Shown here piece by piece: positions 1 through 8,854 of a stretch of 63,878 bases of DNA. The DNA lies in contig DJRQ01000038.1 of the NCBI GenBank assembly GCA_002440125.1, positions 10,060 to 73,937 on the forward strand, written 5' to 3'. The position numbers and the translations under genes are program-made. Below the pieces are notes generated by a model that made no database searches, was not told where the DNA came from, and saw nothing but the letters and a program-made list of their open reading frames with translations. This stretch comes from Bacillales bacterium UBA6356. Its GTDB lineage: Bacteria; Bacillota_I; Bacilli_A; RFN20; CAG-826. Position 1 is the first letter of the stretch. Every line of letters starts with the position of its first letter.

Positions 1-3000
1 GATTTAATGGAGATATTGTCCCCTTCGATATTCAGTTGCTTTTTGAGTTTCGATAGCGCCTCATTCATCACTTCGAGCGATTTATTTCCAAGCCTGGAGA
101 AACCACATTCCTCCATCAAGGCGTGATAAAGACCCATTTTTGTGACCGTCCCATTTTGCTTGATGATCTGAACCATTCCGTCAGCTAACTCTTCGGGCGC
201 AATTTCATCGATATCTCTTTTGAAATCGCCCGCTTTTCGGAAATGAACGACCTCCTTGCCTTTTAGCCAAAGAAAGCCCCTTTTTCTAACAATTCCGTGA
301 AAATTGAATCCGGTTGAGTAGCGTTTGAATGTTTTTTCAATGACGCTCGTTACCTTTTCACGACCAAAAAACCATGCCGTTCTCTCCATCAATAGTCTCT
401 CCGAAAGAGGGGCTTCCGTTTCGAGAATCTCTTTGATTATAGCGAAGAGTTCCATATGAGGAGTTTCGGTGTCTAAGGAGCCAAAAAGAACTCCTTTCTT
501 CTTATGAATGGGGAAATAAGGCAAATGCTTACGATAAAGGCGTTCAATATTCGCAACCCGATAAATAGGGAATAGGAACTCGTCTTGTTTTTTTGTCGTT
601 TCAAAGTCTTCTTTCCTTTTTTCTTTCTCCGGTTTCTTTTCTTCCTCGAAAGACGATATTCCACCATTCATTGCTTTCTTAACCGCATCTAAAAGGCGCT
701 TTTTCTCCACCTCTTGATTTCGGAACCAGTCCGTTGACCAAACACGGTAAAACTTCCACCCCATTCTCTCGAGGATTTCTTGCCTAAGGCGATCTCTATC
801 TCTCGCATTTTTCCCTGAATGATAGCTTGCACCATCGCACTCAATGGCTAAAAGATAATTCGAACTATTCGGCTTTTTAAGAGCTAAATCTATTCGAAAA
901 CCCGAACATCCGACCTGCGTGTCTATAGAAAATCCATTCATCTTAAGGAAATCGCAAACTTCCATCTCGAAATCAGAATCAAATTGCTCGTTCGGCTGGA
1001 TAGACAACGTTCTTTTTAGTGCTATATCGCCGTTTTCTGCATAATCAAGGTATTCTCTTAAAAGCTTAGCCCCCTGAGAAGCAGTCCGTTTTAAATCGAT
1101 ATCCGTATAATGCATAGAAGAAACGAGTTGGACATTGTCCTTAGCGCGCGTGATCGCAACATTAAGACGCCTCTCCCCACCGATTCGATTTAGAGGTCCA
1201 AAATTATGCAACAACCGACCTTCGGAATCTTTCCCATAAGCGACGCTAAAAATGATTGTATCGCGCTCGTCTCCTTGAACCGTTTCCAAGTTTTTTATAA
1301 AGAAAGGCTCTTTTTTATCGCCCCCAAAGAACGCCTCTTCTTTCGGATGGCGGAATCGAGCCATCGTCAACAAATCGTCGATTAGGTTTTGCTGAGCAAC
1401 GCTAAAAGCTACTACCCCTAGACTTCTTTTCGGATATTTTTGTATGTTTTTATATATCAAATCAACAATGAATTCCGCTTCTTTTCTGTTTGTATGCGTC
1501 TTGCGATCGAAAACACCATCCACATGGTAATAATCAACCCCTATCCCTTTAGCGTCCTTTTTCGAAGAGGGGAAAGTCACCAAATCATTGTCGTAGAAAT
1601 TCTTGTTGGAAAACGCTATCAAAGATTCGTAGCGACTTCGATAATGCCAGCGGAGACGGAGTTGAGAAAAACAAGAACTGCATAGATCGAGAATAGATTC
1701 AAAATCGCCAACGTCTTCTATCTCTTCATCATCACTATCGACATCAACCGATGAAGTGAAGAAATTGCTCGGAGGCATTTGCTTCGAATCGCCCACCACA
1801 ATCAATTGCTTCGCCCGGTAGATGGCACCGATGGCGTCTTGAGGGAATATCTGCGAGGCTTCATCAAAAATAACAACATCGAAATGAATGCTATCGGAAG
1901 TCAAAAAAGTACTAACGCTTAGAGGGGACATCAAAAAGCACGGCTTTATTTTTTGAATCAGATTGCCGATGGTCTGCATGAGGCAACGAATGCTTTTTTT
2001 GTTCCTTTTCTTTTCTCCTTCTCTAAGCAAAAGCGAAAGTGAACTCCCGGCTGAAACCAAGGAAAGAGAAGGTCTTTCCGAAGAGAGCTTTGCCCGGATA
2101 ATCGCCTTATTCATTTCAAAATTCTCTATGTCTTTTTGGGCAAAGGCTTTCACTGCCTCATCTTGAGAAACCCGGCTGAAATTAGACAAAACCTCATTGG
2201 AGCCGCGGATATAGTACATCCATTCGAGGTAAAAGCGCTTGCGGAAGGCGCCTACAAAATGATCTAGAGGCAGGTTATCATCGACGGCAATATTTATGTA
2301 GTCAAGAGCTCCATGTTCTTTCAGTTTCTTTAAAAGTCTGTAAAAGAGAGACCAATTCTCTAGCCCTCCGAACGATTCGATAAGATTTTTTGTTTTTTCG
2401 AAAACGAATTCGCAATCGGAATCTTCAATCTTCAAAACGCCCCAATCAAAATACTTATCGAATCGTTTTACCGTTTCCGCATCCACACTCTTGAGAGCCG
2501 ATTGGAGCTTCTCATGGAGTTGAAGAAAAACATCCTTCTCCGATGAAGAAGTGTGCCGATAAGCCAAATCCCCAAAAGAAACATTGGCACTTAAAAATGT
2601 TTGCAAGCGTTCCAATTCGTCTTCAACCTCGTCCCACGACGTCTCTATGCCTTGGTAGCAGCAGCCCAATAAACCCTTTAGCGTTTCTGCTTTTTGTTGA
2701 AACAACTCCATTTTAGATTCGAACAATGACAAATCTTTCATTGCAAAAAGGGCTTCCTGGTAGGAAACTTTACCGCCATTTTTCTTATGGAGGCGAATAG
2801 TATTTATGAGGGCTTTATAGTTCCTGTTGAAAAGCCTTGAAAACTTCTTTGGATAGTCTTTCTCGAGTTTTTTAAAAGACTCGCCGCCGTCAAGCTCATA
2901 CAAGCCCTCATCAAAGCCTCCATTCAGCTTGCTACGGATAGAAATCAAATCCAAACTCAAATCCTTTAAATACTTTAAATCGGATTGCAATAGGAACCGA

Positions 3001-4730
3001 TTCCGATCGTTCAATAAGCCTAGAACGTCGGTTCTCGAGGCTGCTATAAATTCAAAAAACCCATTCCAAAAGCGTAAATCCGACAGGCTTTTGCATTTAA
3101 TTTTAAATTTTTCTGAAATGTCTTCGGAAATCGAACGGAGTTTATCGTAGCTTCCATTAACTCGAATCAAATCTTTCTCTAACGTCGCTTTCGCTTGGTA
3201 ACTCGTATCTTGAAAAACGTATCCGAACCAAGGATTTTTACGATAGTCGAAGCCGATATCCGAAGAATAAGTGACATATTGGCCGATAAGAGAAGACGCT
3301 TCTTCGAGATAATTCTCGTCTTTGGAAGAAATATTTTGAAAAAGATAATTGACGTCGGGCTCGGAATCCAAAGAAGCAAAAGACTCGTAGACTTCATATA
3401 AGCTCTTCTCAATGACGGGACGTTTCTTATGAAGTTCAAACGCATAATCATCCAATTGGCTTTGGGCTCTTACCTTTGCGAAAATTTCATTCTCAACTTT
3501 AGAGGAAACATCCGTTTTTTCTAAATGCAAGGTGTGGCAAAGTTCATCTATAACGGTTTTTTTATTAGCTTTGTGACTATGGAGTTCTAAGCAAAATTCC
3601 GAAAGACGAACTTGCTTTAGTTTTTCAAAAACAACGTTAAGGGCAGCGAGTTTTTCGGAAACGAAAAGGACCTTTTTCCCATCATATAGGCATTCGGCAA
3701 TAATATTGGTGATTGTTTGACTTTTTCCAGTTCCCGGAGGACCTTGGAGCACAAAGCTTTTTCCGTTTTTTGCCATTTCGATCGCTTCGATTTGGCTCGA
3801 ATCCGCATCCACGACACTATGAAGTTCAACAAGAGGATTTTTGAGGCGATGGCCTTTGGATGCCTCTTCTTTTGCTTCGTCGTCAGAAATGTCATCTTTT
3901 CTTTCGTTTAGGAGCAAACGGATGTTTTCGTTTTTTAGTATTTTCCCCTTGTTGTCCTTTAAGTCTTTATACATGTTGATCTTAAGGAAAGAGAAAGGAC
4001 CTATTTTACATTCAGAAGTGACATTCCACTTGAGCTTTTTTACGATGCGTTCAATCTTTTGGATGTAGGAATAAAATCCCTCGCCCTCGTAATCAGGAAT
4101 CTTAATGCCATATTCCGTTTCCATTTTAAAGGCAAAGGTAGGGTTGACGATCAACTCATCATCCGTGGACTTGATGAAAAAAGGGTCGGTATAAGATTTA
4201 TTCTCAATTTGAATGGGAGCAAGAAGAATAGGGGCTTTAAAAACAAGATTTGATGTTTCGCTTTCTTTCCATTCGATAAAGCCGAAAGCTAGATAAATGA
4301 TATTAATGCCCGTTTCTTCGATGGCCTCTCGACTCTTTTTTTCGATTTTTCTTATGACTTTATTGGGATTTGAAAAGGCGTTGTATAAGACAATTTGGTT
4401 TTGTTTCATCCTCCGGGACAAACATTTTCGAAGATAAGAATCTTCGGACTCCACAGCCTTGGCGTTTTCATTTTCGAAATTAAGCCCAGAAGCATCTTCC
4501 TCGTTATCTTCTTTCAAATCGAAAACTTCCAAAGAAATGGGCCCCTCGAAAATCTTGTCCAGCAATTTATCTGGCAAAGGAGACAAGACCTTAACCGTAG
4601 AAGATTTTGTATCCCTAAAATTAATTAAATTATTTCGCTTTCCCGTATCTAAAAGCAAATCAGCCCAACGGTTCAATTTTTTCTCATCCATGTGTCGCTC
4701 CAAAGCGTCTTCTTCGGAGCTTTCAGTCAT
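1..4730 (-). CDS. Giant SF1 (Upf1/DNA2-like) helicase fused to a restriction-endonuclease-like domain (DUF4011 / AAA_11 / AAA_12 / DUF559-type REase / DUF3320-like architecture); 3' end lies beyond the left window edge
   Basis: Absent from the ORF track because it has no stop in the window. Minus-strand translation from ATG 4730..4728 (MTESSEEDALERHMDEKKLNRWADLLLDTGKRNNLINF...) stays open to base 1; frame checked at 3743, 839 and 35. Motifs read directly: LQGPPGTGKSQT (~3720-3750), FDVVIFDEASQ (~1850-1880), VGDSKQMPP, TVQGDERD (~1262-1285), RRLNVAITRAK (~1145-1175), ECDGASYHSGKNARDRDRLRQEILERMGWKFYRVWSTDWF (~725-845). Confidence 0.85.
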   Translation of the reverse strand, partial: MTESSEEDALERHMDEKKLNRWADLLLDTGKRNNLINFRDTKSSTVKVLSPLPDKLLDKIFEGPISLEVFDLKEDNEEDASGLNFENENAKAVESEDSYLRKCLSRRMKQNQIVLYNAFSNPNKVIRKIEKKSREAIEETGINIIYLAFGFIEWKESETSNLVFKAPILLAPIQIENKSYTDPFFIKSTDDELIVNPTFAFKMETEYGIKIPDYEGEGFYSYIQKIERIVKKLKWNVTSECKIGPFSFLKINMYKDLKDNKGKILKNENIRLLLNERKDDISDDEAKEEASKGHRLKNPLVELHSVVDADSSQIEAIEMAKNGKSFVLQGPPGTGKSQTITNIIAECLYDGKKVLFVSEKLAALNVVFEKLKQVRLSEFCLELHSHKANKKTVIDELCHTLHLEKTDVSSKVENEIFAKVRAQSQLDDYAFELHKKRPVIEKSLYEVYESFASLDSEPDVNYLFQNISSKDENYLEEASSLIGQYVTYSSDIGFDYRKNPWFGYVFQDTSYQAKATLEKDLIRVNGSYDKLRSISEDISEKFKIKCKSLSDLRFWNGFFEFIAASRTDVLGLLNDRNRFLLQSDLKYLKDLSLDLISIRSKLNGGFDEGLYELDGGESFKKLEKDYPKKFSRLFNRNYKALINTIRLHKKNGGKVSYQEALFAMKDLSLFESKMELFQQKAETLKGLLGCCYQGIETSWDEVEDELERLQTFLSANVSFGDLAYRHTSSSEKDVFLQLHEKLQSALKSVDAETVKRFDKYFDWGVLKIEDSDCEFVFEKTKNLIESFGGLENWSLFYRLLKKLKEHGALDYINIAVDDNLPLDHFVGAFRKRFYLEWMYYIRGSNEVLSNFSRVSQDEAVKAFAQKDIENFEMNKAIIRAKLSSERPSLSLVSAGSSLSLLLREGEKKRNKKSIRCLMQTIGNLIQKIKPCFLMSPLSVSTFLTSDSIHFDVVIFDEASQIFPQDAIGAIYRAKQLIVVGDSKQMPPSNFFTSSVDVDSDDEEIEDVGDFESILDLCSSCFSQLRLRWHYRSRYESLIAFSNKNFYDNDLVTFPSSKKDAKGIGVDYYHVDGVFDRKTHTNRKEAEFIVDLIYKNIQKYPKRSLGVVAFSVAQQNLIDDLLTMARFRHPKEEAFFGGDKKEPFFIKNLETVQGDERDTIIFSVAYGKDSEGRLLHNFGPLNRIGGERRLNVAITRAKDNVQLVSSMHYTDIDLKRTASQGAKLLREYLDYAENGDIALKRTLSIQPNEQFDSDFEMEVCDFLKMNGFSIDTQVGCSGFRIDLALKKPNSSNYLLAIECDGASYHSGKNARDRDRLRQEILERMGWKFYRVWSTDWFRNQEVEKKRLLDAVKKAMNGGISSFEEEKKPEKEKRKEDFETTKKQDEFLFPIYRVANIERLYRKHLPYFPIHKKKGVLFGSLDTETPHMELFAIIKEILETEAPLSERLLMERTAWFFGREKVTSVIEKTFKRYSTGFNFHGIVRKRGFLWLKGKEVVHFRKAGDFKRDIDEIAPEELADGMVQIIKQNGTVTKMGLYHALMEECGFSRLGNKSLEVMNEALSKLKKQLNIEGDNISIK

Positions 4731-5072
4731 GCTATGAACGTAATCGATTAAAGCGGTGTAAAACAAAAATTTAATCGTTGTTCACGAATTGCTCCGACAA
4801 TAAGGTTACGCTCAAGAATAGACGTTTCAAAATAAACATCGTAAATTTTTTAACCTTCTTAAAGGGCGGGGTTAAAATACTCGATATTCGCTTGCTTTTT
4901 TCTCTTCCGTCTGGGAATTGTTGAAAAATTTCGTTTTTCAAAAAAATAAGCTGACCATCAAAAAATGCGCATCGTGATTTTTTTATTCCGAAAACAAGAT
5001 CTTCATTGTTTTTTTGGCACCCAAAAACGCCACTCGTTCAAATTCGCTTTGTTTTGCAATTGGTGGTTGCGC

Positions 5073-6368
5073 TTATTCTATTCCCGCTTTCTTATAAATG
5101 TAATCGATGTTTTTAAAAGCGGACTCATCGCTGAATAAATCTTTGATGCCTTCCTCTTTCAAGCTTTCGTAGATTTCTTTTTCGTTCCTCAGAAGCGATT
5201 CGAACTCCTTCCCTTCGAGAATCGACTTCATGGCCAAAGGTTGCACAAGATCATAGGCTTTCTCTCGGATCATCCCTTTCAATATAAGGGCGTTCATGGC
5301 CTTTTGGGAATAGATGGCTCCATGGGTCAAAGCGATGTTTCTTTCCATATTTTGCGGGAAGAAACGCACGTTCGAAAGAACGTTGTTCATGCGGATAAGC
5401 ATGTAATCAAAGAGGGTTACCATATCGATAAGAGCCACCCTTTCAACACTCGAATGGGAGATATCCCTTTCGTGGAACAAAGCGTTATCTTCCAAAATCG
5501 GAAGCAGATACCCGCGGAGCATCCTCGCATCGCCCGTTAGGTTTTCGCTCGATATGGGATTTCTCTTTTGAGGCATGGCGCTGCTTCCTTTTTGGCCTTT
5601 GCCAAAGCCTTCTTCAACTTCCGCAATCTCGCTTCGAGAGAGATTGCGAATTTCAAGAGCGATCTTTTCGATAAGGCTTCCGCCGATGGCAATGCTCGAA
5701 GCATAGTGCTCATGACGGTCTCGAGAAAGAACTTGGGTCGAGAAAGAAGCGCTTTCTAGGCCAAGCTTCTTAGCGACTCTTTCTTGAACGAAAGGATCGA
5801 CATTGGCAAAGTTTCCAACCGCCCCCGAAAGCTTGGCGCATTCGACATAGCATCGCGCTCTTTCGAAGTTCTCTAACGCTCTCTTCCCTTCGTCGAAATA
5901 GCCAGCGAAGCGAAGCCCAAAAGAAGTCACTTCGGCATGCATTCCATGGGTTCTTGCCATGGATTTTTGGTTTTTGTAGCGGAGAGCGATTCCTTTAATG
6001 GTTTCTAAAAGAGCTTGGAAATTCCTCTCTATTAAGTCATTTGCTTTCTTATAAAGAAGGGCTAACGCCGTATCAACCACATCCGTAGAGGTTAAGCCGA
6101 AATGCACGAATCTTTTCTCTTCCCCTAACTTTTCGTCGATGGATCGCGTGAAGGCAACGACATCATGCTTGGTTATCCCTTCCAATTCGTAAATGCGAGG
6201 AAGATCCACTTTCGCTTTTTCTTTTACCTTTTTGACGTCTTCCTTAGACACGATGCCAAGTTCGCTTTGAGCTTCTAAAACGGCGATTTCTACCGCTAAA
6301 TACGCTTCAAAACGGCTCTTGTCGCTAAAGACATCTTTCATTTCCAAAGGCGTATAACGGTCAATCAT
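5073..6368 (-). CDS. purB: Adenylosuccinate lyase
   Basis: 431-aa ORF. Fumarate-lyase signature GSSAMPQKRNP; N-terminus MIDRYTPLEMKDVFSD is typical of PurB; 4-nt overlap with purA upstream. Confidence 0.95.
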   Translation of the reverse strand: MIDRYTPLEMKDVFSDKSRFEAYLAVEIAVLEAQSELGIVSKEDVKKVKEKAKVDLPRIYELEGITKHDVVAFTRSIDEKLGEEKRFVHFGLTSTDVVDTALALLYKKANDLIERNFQALLETIKGIALRYKNQKSMARTHGMHAEVTSFGLRFAGYFDEGKRALENFERARCYVECAKLSGAVGNFANVDPFVQERVAKKLGLESASFSTQVLSRDRHEHYASSIAIGGSLIEKIALEIRNLSRSEIAEVEEGFGKGQKGSSAMPQKRNPISSENLTGDARMLRGYLLPILEDNALFHERDISHSSVERVALIDMVTLFDYMLIRMNNVLSNVRFFPQNMERNIALTHGAIYSQKAMNALILKGMIREKAYDLVQPLAMKSILEGKEFESLLRNEKEIYESLKEEGIKDLFSDESAFKNIDYIYKKAGIE

Positions 6369-7651
6369 TCAAAAATCTCCTTCCGAACGATGGTCTGATG
6401 CTCTTCTGGTCCTACCGAGACCAAATCAATGGAAACGCCGATTAGTTTCTCGAGGGCAAGCACATAATCCTTGGCTTCTTTCGGAAGCTCCTCAAAGCTC
6501 TTGATGTTGGAGATATCTTCTTTCCAGCTTGGGAAACGCTCGTAATGAACTTCCATCCTCTCGAAATCGGGCAAGGAAGCCGGCAAGGTCTCTAGCCGCT
6601 TTCCATCGAGGCGATATTCGGTCGCAACTTCAATCTCATCGACCGCATCCAAAACGTCCAAAAGCATGATGGCGGCGTGTTTTATCCCACTTATACGGGC
6701 GACATAGCGAAGCAAGGGCACATCAAGCCATCCTACTCTCCGAGGTCTTCCCGTCACCACGCCAAACTCATGCCCTCGAATGCGAATTTTATTCGCAAGC
6801 CCTTCATCCCTTATCTCGCTGGGGAAAGGGCCGCTTCCAACGCGCGTCGCGTAGGCCTTAAAAACGCCAAGAACATCTGTCACCGCGGAAAGGGGGAGAG
6901 AAGTATTTTCCGGTATGGCCGTCACAAGAGGCGAGGAACTTGTCACAAAAGGATAAGTCCCAGCATCCAAAGAAAGCATTGCTCCTTGGGCGCCTTCGAA
7001 AAGGATTTTTTTGCCTTCTTGGAGCGCTTTCCATAGAAATAGGCCGGTATCCGCGATATAGGGTTTCAAAAGCGTGGCTTCTTCAAGAAGTTGTCGGTAA
7101 AGAGGCTCGAAAGCGAAAGAAGGGACGTTATAAGCCTCTAATTCTTTGTTATGGATGGCTAAGGCCTTCTCGAGCCTTTCCTTCAAATAGTCAGGATGAA
7201 GCAAATCCCCCACTCTCAAAGCATTCCTCGAAGCTCGATCTTCGTAACACGGACCAATCCCTCTTCCCGTGGTCCCGATCTTATCTTTCGCCAAAAAGGA
7301 TTCGCGTGCCTTATCGAGGGCGATATGATAGGGCAAAAGCAAAGTGGCACGATCGCTAATAAGGAGTTTGAAAGGGCTAACACCTGCTTCTTCGATGTTC
7401 TTTATTTCTTCGAGCAAAGCGCTAGGATTGACCACCACGCCATCGGCGATGACGTTAGTCACTTCTTTATGCAAAATGCCACTCGGCAAAAGCCTCAAGG
7501 CATAGCGTTTTTCGCCATGGACGACGCTATGCCCGGCATTATTCCCCCCTTGAGAACGAACGACAATGTCGCTATGGCTTGCGAAATAATCGGTTATCTT
7601 GCCTTTTCCTTCATCGCCCCATTGCATTCCTTCAATCGCCAAACTCGACAT
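6365..7651 (-). CDS. purA: Adenylosuccinate synthetase
   Basis: 428-aa ORF. P-loop QWGDEGKGKITD, GGNNAGHS and TTGRGIGPCYEDR motifs; SD AGGAGGGA 7-8 nt upstream of the ATG. Confidence 0.95.
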   Translation of the reverse strand: MSSLAIEGMQWGDEGKGKITDYFASHSDIVVRSQGGNNAGHSVVHGEKRYALRLLPSGILHKEVTNVIADGVVVNPSALLEEIKNIEEAGVSPFKLLISDRATLLLPYHIALDKARESFLAKDKIGTTGRGIGPCYEDRASRNALRVGDLLHPDYLKERLEKALAIHNKELEAYNVPSFAFEPLYRQLLEEATLLKPYIADTGLFLWKALQEGKKILFEGAQGAMLSLDAGTYPFVTSSSPLVTAIPENTSLPLSAVTDVLGVFKAYATRVGSGPFPSEIRDEGLANKIRIRGHEFGVVTGRPRRVGWLDVPLLRYVARISGIKHAAIMLLDVLDAVDEIEVATEYRLDGKRLETLPASLPDFERMEVHYERFPSWKEDISNIKSFEELPKEAKDYVLALEKLIGVSIDLVSVGPEEHQTIVRKEIFE

Positions 7652-7775
7652 AAAAAAATCCCTCCTGCTCTCTTATGGCGTATTAAGAAGTTCTTAATAC
7701 CTAAATATATTAGGCTCTTTTAAGAAAGATGGAAGAGATTCTAAGGATAAAGTTAGGCAGGGCCGAAAAGATAAT

Positions 7776-8159
7776 TTATTTGTTAAGCCCTTCTTCGATG
7801 GCGCATTTCTTTAGCGCCTCGAAAGTCTCATCGCTCAAATCATGCTCGATACGGCAAGCGTCTTTCAGGGCGATTTCTTTCTCAACGCCAATGGTTTCGA
7901 GCAAGAAAGTCAAGACTTGATGTCTCTCGTAAATCTTTTTGGCGACTTTATAACCGTCAGGCGTCAAATAGAGCTGCTGTCGAGGTCCTAAAGCGACGTA
8001 TCCACCATTTTCAAGTTTCTTCAAAGCAACGGAAATGCTTGCTTTGCTATATCCAAAGGAAGAGGCAAGATCCACGGCATGGATCTCTTTGACTCCCGAT
8101 TCCTCAAGCATCAATATTCTTTCCAAATAATCTTCCGCAGATTCGTGTGTTTTTTCCAT
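7776..8159 (-). CDS. DtxR/MntR-family metal-dependent transcriptional regulator
   Basis: AEDYLERILMLEESG...DLASSFGYSKASISVALKKLENGGYV is a wHTH of DtxR type. The track ORF extends to 8255, but the internal ATG at 8159 has the SD AAGGTGA upstream. Divergent from the feo operon. Confidence 0.8.
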   Translation of the reverse strand: MEKTHESAEDYLERILMLEESGVKEIHAVDLASSFGYSKASISVALKKLENGGYVALGPRQQLYLTPDGYKVAKKIYERHQVLTFLLETIGVEKEIALKDACRIEHDLSDETFEALKKCAIEEGLNK

Positions 8160-8307
8160 CGCTATCACCTTTTTGACAATTGTTGGCGACTTTGTATTCT
8201 TTGTCAAGCGAAAGGCGCTAAAGTTAGTCATTATTAACTTTTCCTTGCTTTTCATTACCGAAGCTCCATAATACGGCTGTTAGCGAAATCTAACTGGAGG
8301 GAAAAGT

Positions 8308-8523
8308 ATGCCATTATTCATTGCTCCGATAAACCAGGAAGTCAAAGTGCTTCGTGTGAATGGGAACGAAAAGATGAAAGGTCATCTTGCGAGCCTAGGA
8401 ATCGTGGAAGAAAGCACCCTCACGTTACTTTCCCACGAAGCCAGTGGGGTCATTGTCAAAGTGAAAGAATCGCGACTCGCTTTGGACCATGACATCGCTT
8501 CGCACATTTTAGTCGCGTGTTAA
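8308..8523 (+). CDS. feoA: FeoA-family ferrous iron transport protein
   Basis: 71 aa; SH3-like FeoA pattern (VKVLRVNGNEKMKGHLASLGIVE...); SD GGAGGG upstream; directly upstream of feoB. Confidence 0.8.
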   Translation: MPLFIAPINQEVKVLRVNGNEKMKGHLASLGIVEESTLTLLSHEASGVIVKVKESRLALDHDIASHILVAC

Positions 8524-8548
8524 GAATAAGGAGTTCTCTTAAGCAACT

Positions 8549-8854
8549 ATGGAAGAGAAAGAAAAAGAGGTAGGAAGCTCTTTGGCCGTGGGAAGCGAAG
8601 CGACCTTGGAAGACTTACCAGTTGGCGCCACTGGCGTCATCGTCAGCGTCGGAGGCGAAGGAAGAATCCGTCGTCGCCTCTTCGACATGGGACTCACCCC
8701 AGGATGTGAAGTATTCGTGAGAAAAAGGGCGCCTTTGGGCGATCCTGTGGAGGTCACTCTCCGCGGCTACGAGCTCACCCTTCGCAAAGACGAAGCGAGC
8801 TTCGCCATGATGAAAGTAACGGATTTATCGAAAGGAAGCGAGGAGGCCAAATGA
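8549..8854 (+). CDS. feoA: FeoA-family protein (second copy)
   Basis: 101 aa; LEDLPVGATGVIVSVGGEGRIRRRLFDMGLTPGCEV is a classic FeoA core; ATGA overlap with the feoB start. Confidence 0.8.
   Translation: MEEKEKEVGSSLAVGSEATLEDLPVGATGVIVSVGGEGRIRRRLFDMGLTPGCEVFVRKRAPLGDPVEVTLRGYELTLRKDEASFAMMKVTDLSKGSEEAK

Noticed and set aside
1-4737. The absence of any long ORF in the supplied track across the first 4.7 kb could be read as non-coding DNA or a pseudogene.
   Set aside because: Manual minus-strand translation gives one uninterrupted frame from ATG 4730 to base 1 with intact helicase motifs. It is missing from the track only because its stop codon lies outside the window. The listed 60-92-aa ORFs here are off-frame or antisense shadows.
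8174-8294. Inverted repeats in the dtxR-like/feoA divergent region: TTGACAA...(19 nt)...TTGTCAA at 8174-8206 and GTTAG-cgaaat-CTAAC at 8279-8294. These were considered as the metalloregulator operator.
   Set aside because: Neither matches the DtxR/IdeR or MntR consensus that I know well enough to call. TTGACA-16-TATTCT may simply be the feoA promoter. Left unassigned.
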